64,000 bases of DNA from an uncultured Actinomycetes bacterium (GTDB lineage Bacteria; Actinomycetota; UBA4738; JBBDTT01), in assembly GCA_963742735.1 (NCBI GenBank), contig CAVUMN010000003.1, positions 800,001 through 864,000 on the forward strand, given 5' to 3'. The translations under genes were made by a program, and so were the position numbers. Shown here one piece after another: positions 62,325 to 64,000 of the stretch. The notes under the pieces are model-generated. The model was not told the DNA's origin and did no database searches. It was given only the letters and a program-made list of their open reading frames with translations. Within the stretch, counting starts at the first letter, position 1. Every line of letters starts with the position of its first letter.

Positions 62325-63395
62325 GTGACCCCCCCGGAAACGCCCGCTCTCGCATACTCGGGCGCCGATCTCGCCGACGCCCGGGGCCTCGACGACGCCG
62401 CCGGGTTCGTGATCGACCTCCTGGAGCATCCGGCCTCGACCGTGCGGATCATGGAGGGCCAGCTCGGCCTGTCCGAGGACGTGGTCTTCGACGGCCACCC
62501 CGATGCGTTCGCGATGCAGGCCGTGGCCGCCGTCTCGCCGGGGACGGTGTGGGCGGTCGACGGCGGGTCGTGCCTCCTCGCCGACGGCCGGTCGTTCCAG
62601 GTCGCGGCGTACCGCGCGTCGCGGGTCCGGTTCCGCGCCGGCGTCACCGATCTGGTCGAGTCGCCGCCGCTGCAAGTCCGCGCCCTGTCCCACGAGGAGA
62701 TGGAGCGCATCGCGCGGGAGGTCCTCACCGAGCTCTGGGGGACGGAGCCCGAGCGGCTCCCCGAGACGCCCCGGCCGGTCGACGCGCTCCGCGAGTGGGC
62801 GGAGTGGGCGGAGGTCCGCCGGACGATCCGCGACGCGTCGCCCGGCGACCTGGTCCTGGTCGACGGCTCGCTCCACGGCGGGCCCCTCGTCCCGGCCGGC
62901 GTCGTCCGATCGATCCACGACGAGGCGGTCTCCCGCGGCGTGGCCCTGGCCGGGGTGGTCAAGGCGTCGACGTTGTTCTGGGGGCGCAACGCCCCCCTCG
63001 TCACCCTGCTGAAGCGCCGGGGCGACCGGGAGCTGGGGCGGGTCTGCTGGTCGGCCCGGATCTCCACCGAGCCCACCTTCGCCCGCCTCTACGTCGGCGA
63101 CATCTTCGTGGCCCACCTGGCGCCGACGGCCCCGTACGCCTTCCGGGTCGACGTCGCCCGCGGCGAGTCGCCCCCCGGCGAGATCCTGGCGCGGCTGGCC
63201 GGCTGCGCGGACGACCCCGCCTTCGTCGGCTACCCCTATCCCCTGGCCCGGGCCCACCAGGCGGCCCGGGTCTCCGGCTATGCGGTGGCCGACCTCCGCC
63301 GGACGTTCCGCGACGCCCTGTCCCGCCACGGCATGGGCCACGACGACATCGAGGTCCTGTTCCAGGACTTCCACGAGGTCCTGAACAGGAGCTAG
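62325..63395 (+). CDS. nurA: NurA-family nuclease
   Basis: WAVDGGS, LVDGSL, GVVK.S, GYPYPLARAH..A; TATGCT -10 box 7 nt before GTG. Confidence 0.85.
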   Translation: MTPPETPALAYSGADLADARGLDDAAGFVIDLLEHPASTVRIMEGQLGLSEDVVFDGHPDAFAMQAVAAVSPGTVWAVDGGSCLLADGRSFQVAAYRASRVRFRAGVTDLVESPPLQVRALSHEEMERIAREVLTELWGTEPERLPETPRPVDALREWAEWAEVRRTIRDASPGDLVLVDGSLHGGPLVPAGVVRSIHDEAVSRGVALAGVVKASTLFWGRNAPLVTLLKRRGDRELGRVCWSARISTEPTFARLYVGDIFVAHLAPTAPYAFRVDVARGESPPGEILARLAGCADDPAFVGYPYPLARAHQAARVSGYAVADLRRTFRDALSRHGMGHDDIEVLFQDFHEVLNRS

Positions 63396-63397
63396 CG

Positions 63398-64000
63398 ATG
63401 ACCGAGTACAAGGGCCGCATCTTCGGCAAACACGTCCTGGAGGCCCAGTTCCGGGCCTACCACGGCACCGACCTGTTCCTGGGCGAGCTCCTGTCCGCCG
63501 AGGACCCCGAGCGGGCCCGCCGGTTCCTGTTCAGGGTCATCCAGGTGACCTACGGGTCCGATTCGTCCGATCCGTCCTGGGCGGAGCGCACCGCCGGCGC
63601 CTACATGACCGGGGACCAGGCCGGAACCCCGTACGAGCTGCACGACCCCGAGCAGCGCCTGCACAAGGTGGCCACGTGCGCCCCCCTCGGCTACATCGAC
63701 CCCGCCGGGGAGTTCCGCAAGCCGAAGTCCCTCACCGCCCAGTTCGCCAGGGTCACCGCGCCCACGGCGGAGGACTTCTCCTTCCTGCGCGAGCGGATGG
63801 GAGACCTCCGCGTGGGCCTGCTCCGCAGCGGCGAGGACACCATCGACCTGGAGGTCGGCATCCGGGGCGAGACCCTCACCTCCCACATGGGGGTCTTCGC
63901 CACGACCGGCATGGGCAAGTCGAACTTGATGAAGGTCGTGGCCGGGACCATCCTCGAGTCTCAGGGCCGCTACGCGACGCTGCTGTTCGACCCGCACGGC
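63398..64000 (+). CDS. herA: HerA-family ATPase/helicase (partial; runs off window)
   Basis: Not in ORF track. ATG 2 nt after the nurA stop; HAS-barrel-like N-terminus; HMGVFATTGMGKSN Walker A; FDPHG. Confidence 0.85.
   Translation, partial: MTEYKGRIFGKHVLEAQFRAYHGTDLFLGELLSAEDPERARRFLFRVIQVTYGSDSSDPSWAERTAGAYMTGDQAGTPYELHDPEQRLHKVATCAPLGYIDPAGEFRKPKSLTAQFARVTAPTAEDFSFLRERMGDLRVGLLRSGEDTIDLEVGIRGETLTSHMGVFATTGMGKSNLMKVVAGTILESQGRYATLLFDPHG

Overview
High-GC chromosomal segment, most likely from a deep-branching actinobacterium. It carries actinobacterial markers (steA/steB, garA-ftsR-DUF151-MerR, DUF4193, lnt-ppm1 fusion) together with Bacillota-like traits (xerD-deoB-pdp, scpAB-rluB-aroH-tyrA-aroA-cmk-der, split gcvPA/gcvPB). 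Most of the window is housekeeping: tlyA-nadK-recN-steAB-pyrG-ald-xerD through der and tRNA-Pro(GGG), then manC/PMM-pncB-gcvH-garA-ftsR-hpt and gcvP. Items that stand out: (1) an AT-richer, integrase-less islet behind tRNA-Pro with two HEPN-like proteins, followed by a heavily frameshifted cyclase-STAND ATPase gene; (2) a REC-DHp plus REC-GGDEF pair, each with a sigma28/WhiG-like promoter, wedged between steA and steB, with a degenerate M23 gene abutting steA; (3) a candidate ~110-nt small RNA with its own promoter and terminator-like end, beside a 24-bp FtsR-like operator that recurs in the garA-ftsR leader; (4) a divergent nurA-herA pair; (5) a PD-(D/E)xK-like gene coupled to an McdR-like regulator; (6) a dif-like XerCD site bracketed by 12-bp direct repeats. 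Several single-base frameshifts in otherwise intact genes suggest long-read consensus errors. All family calls are by eye from motifs; no searches were run.
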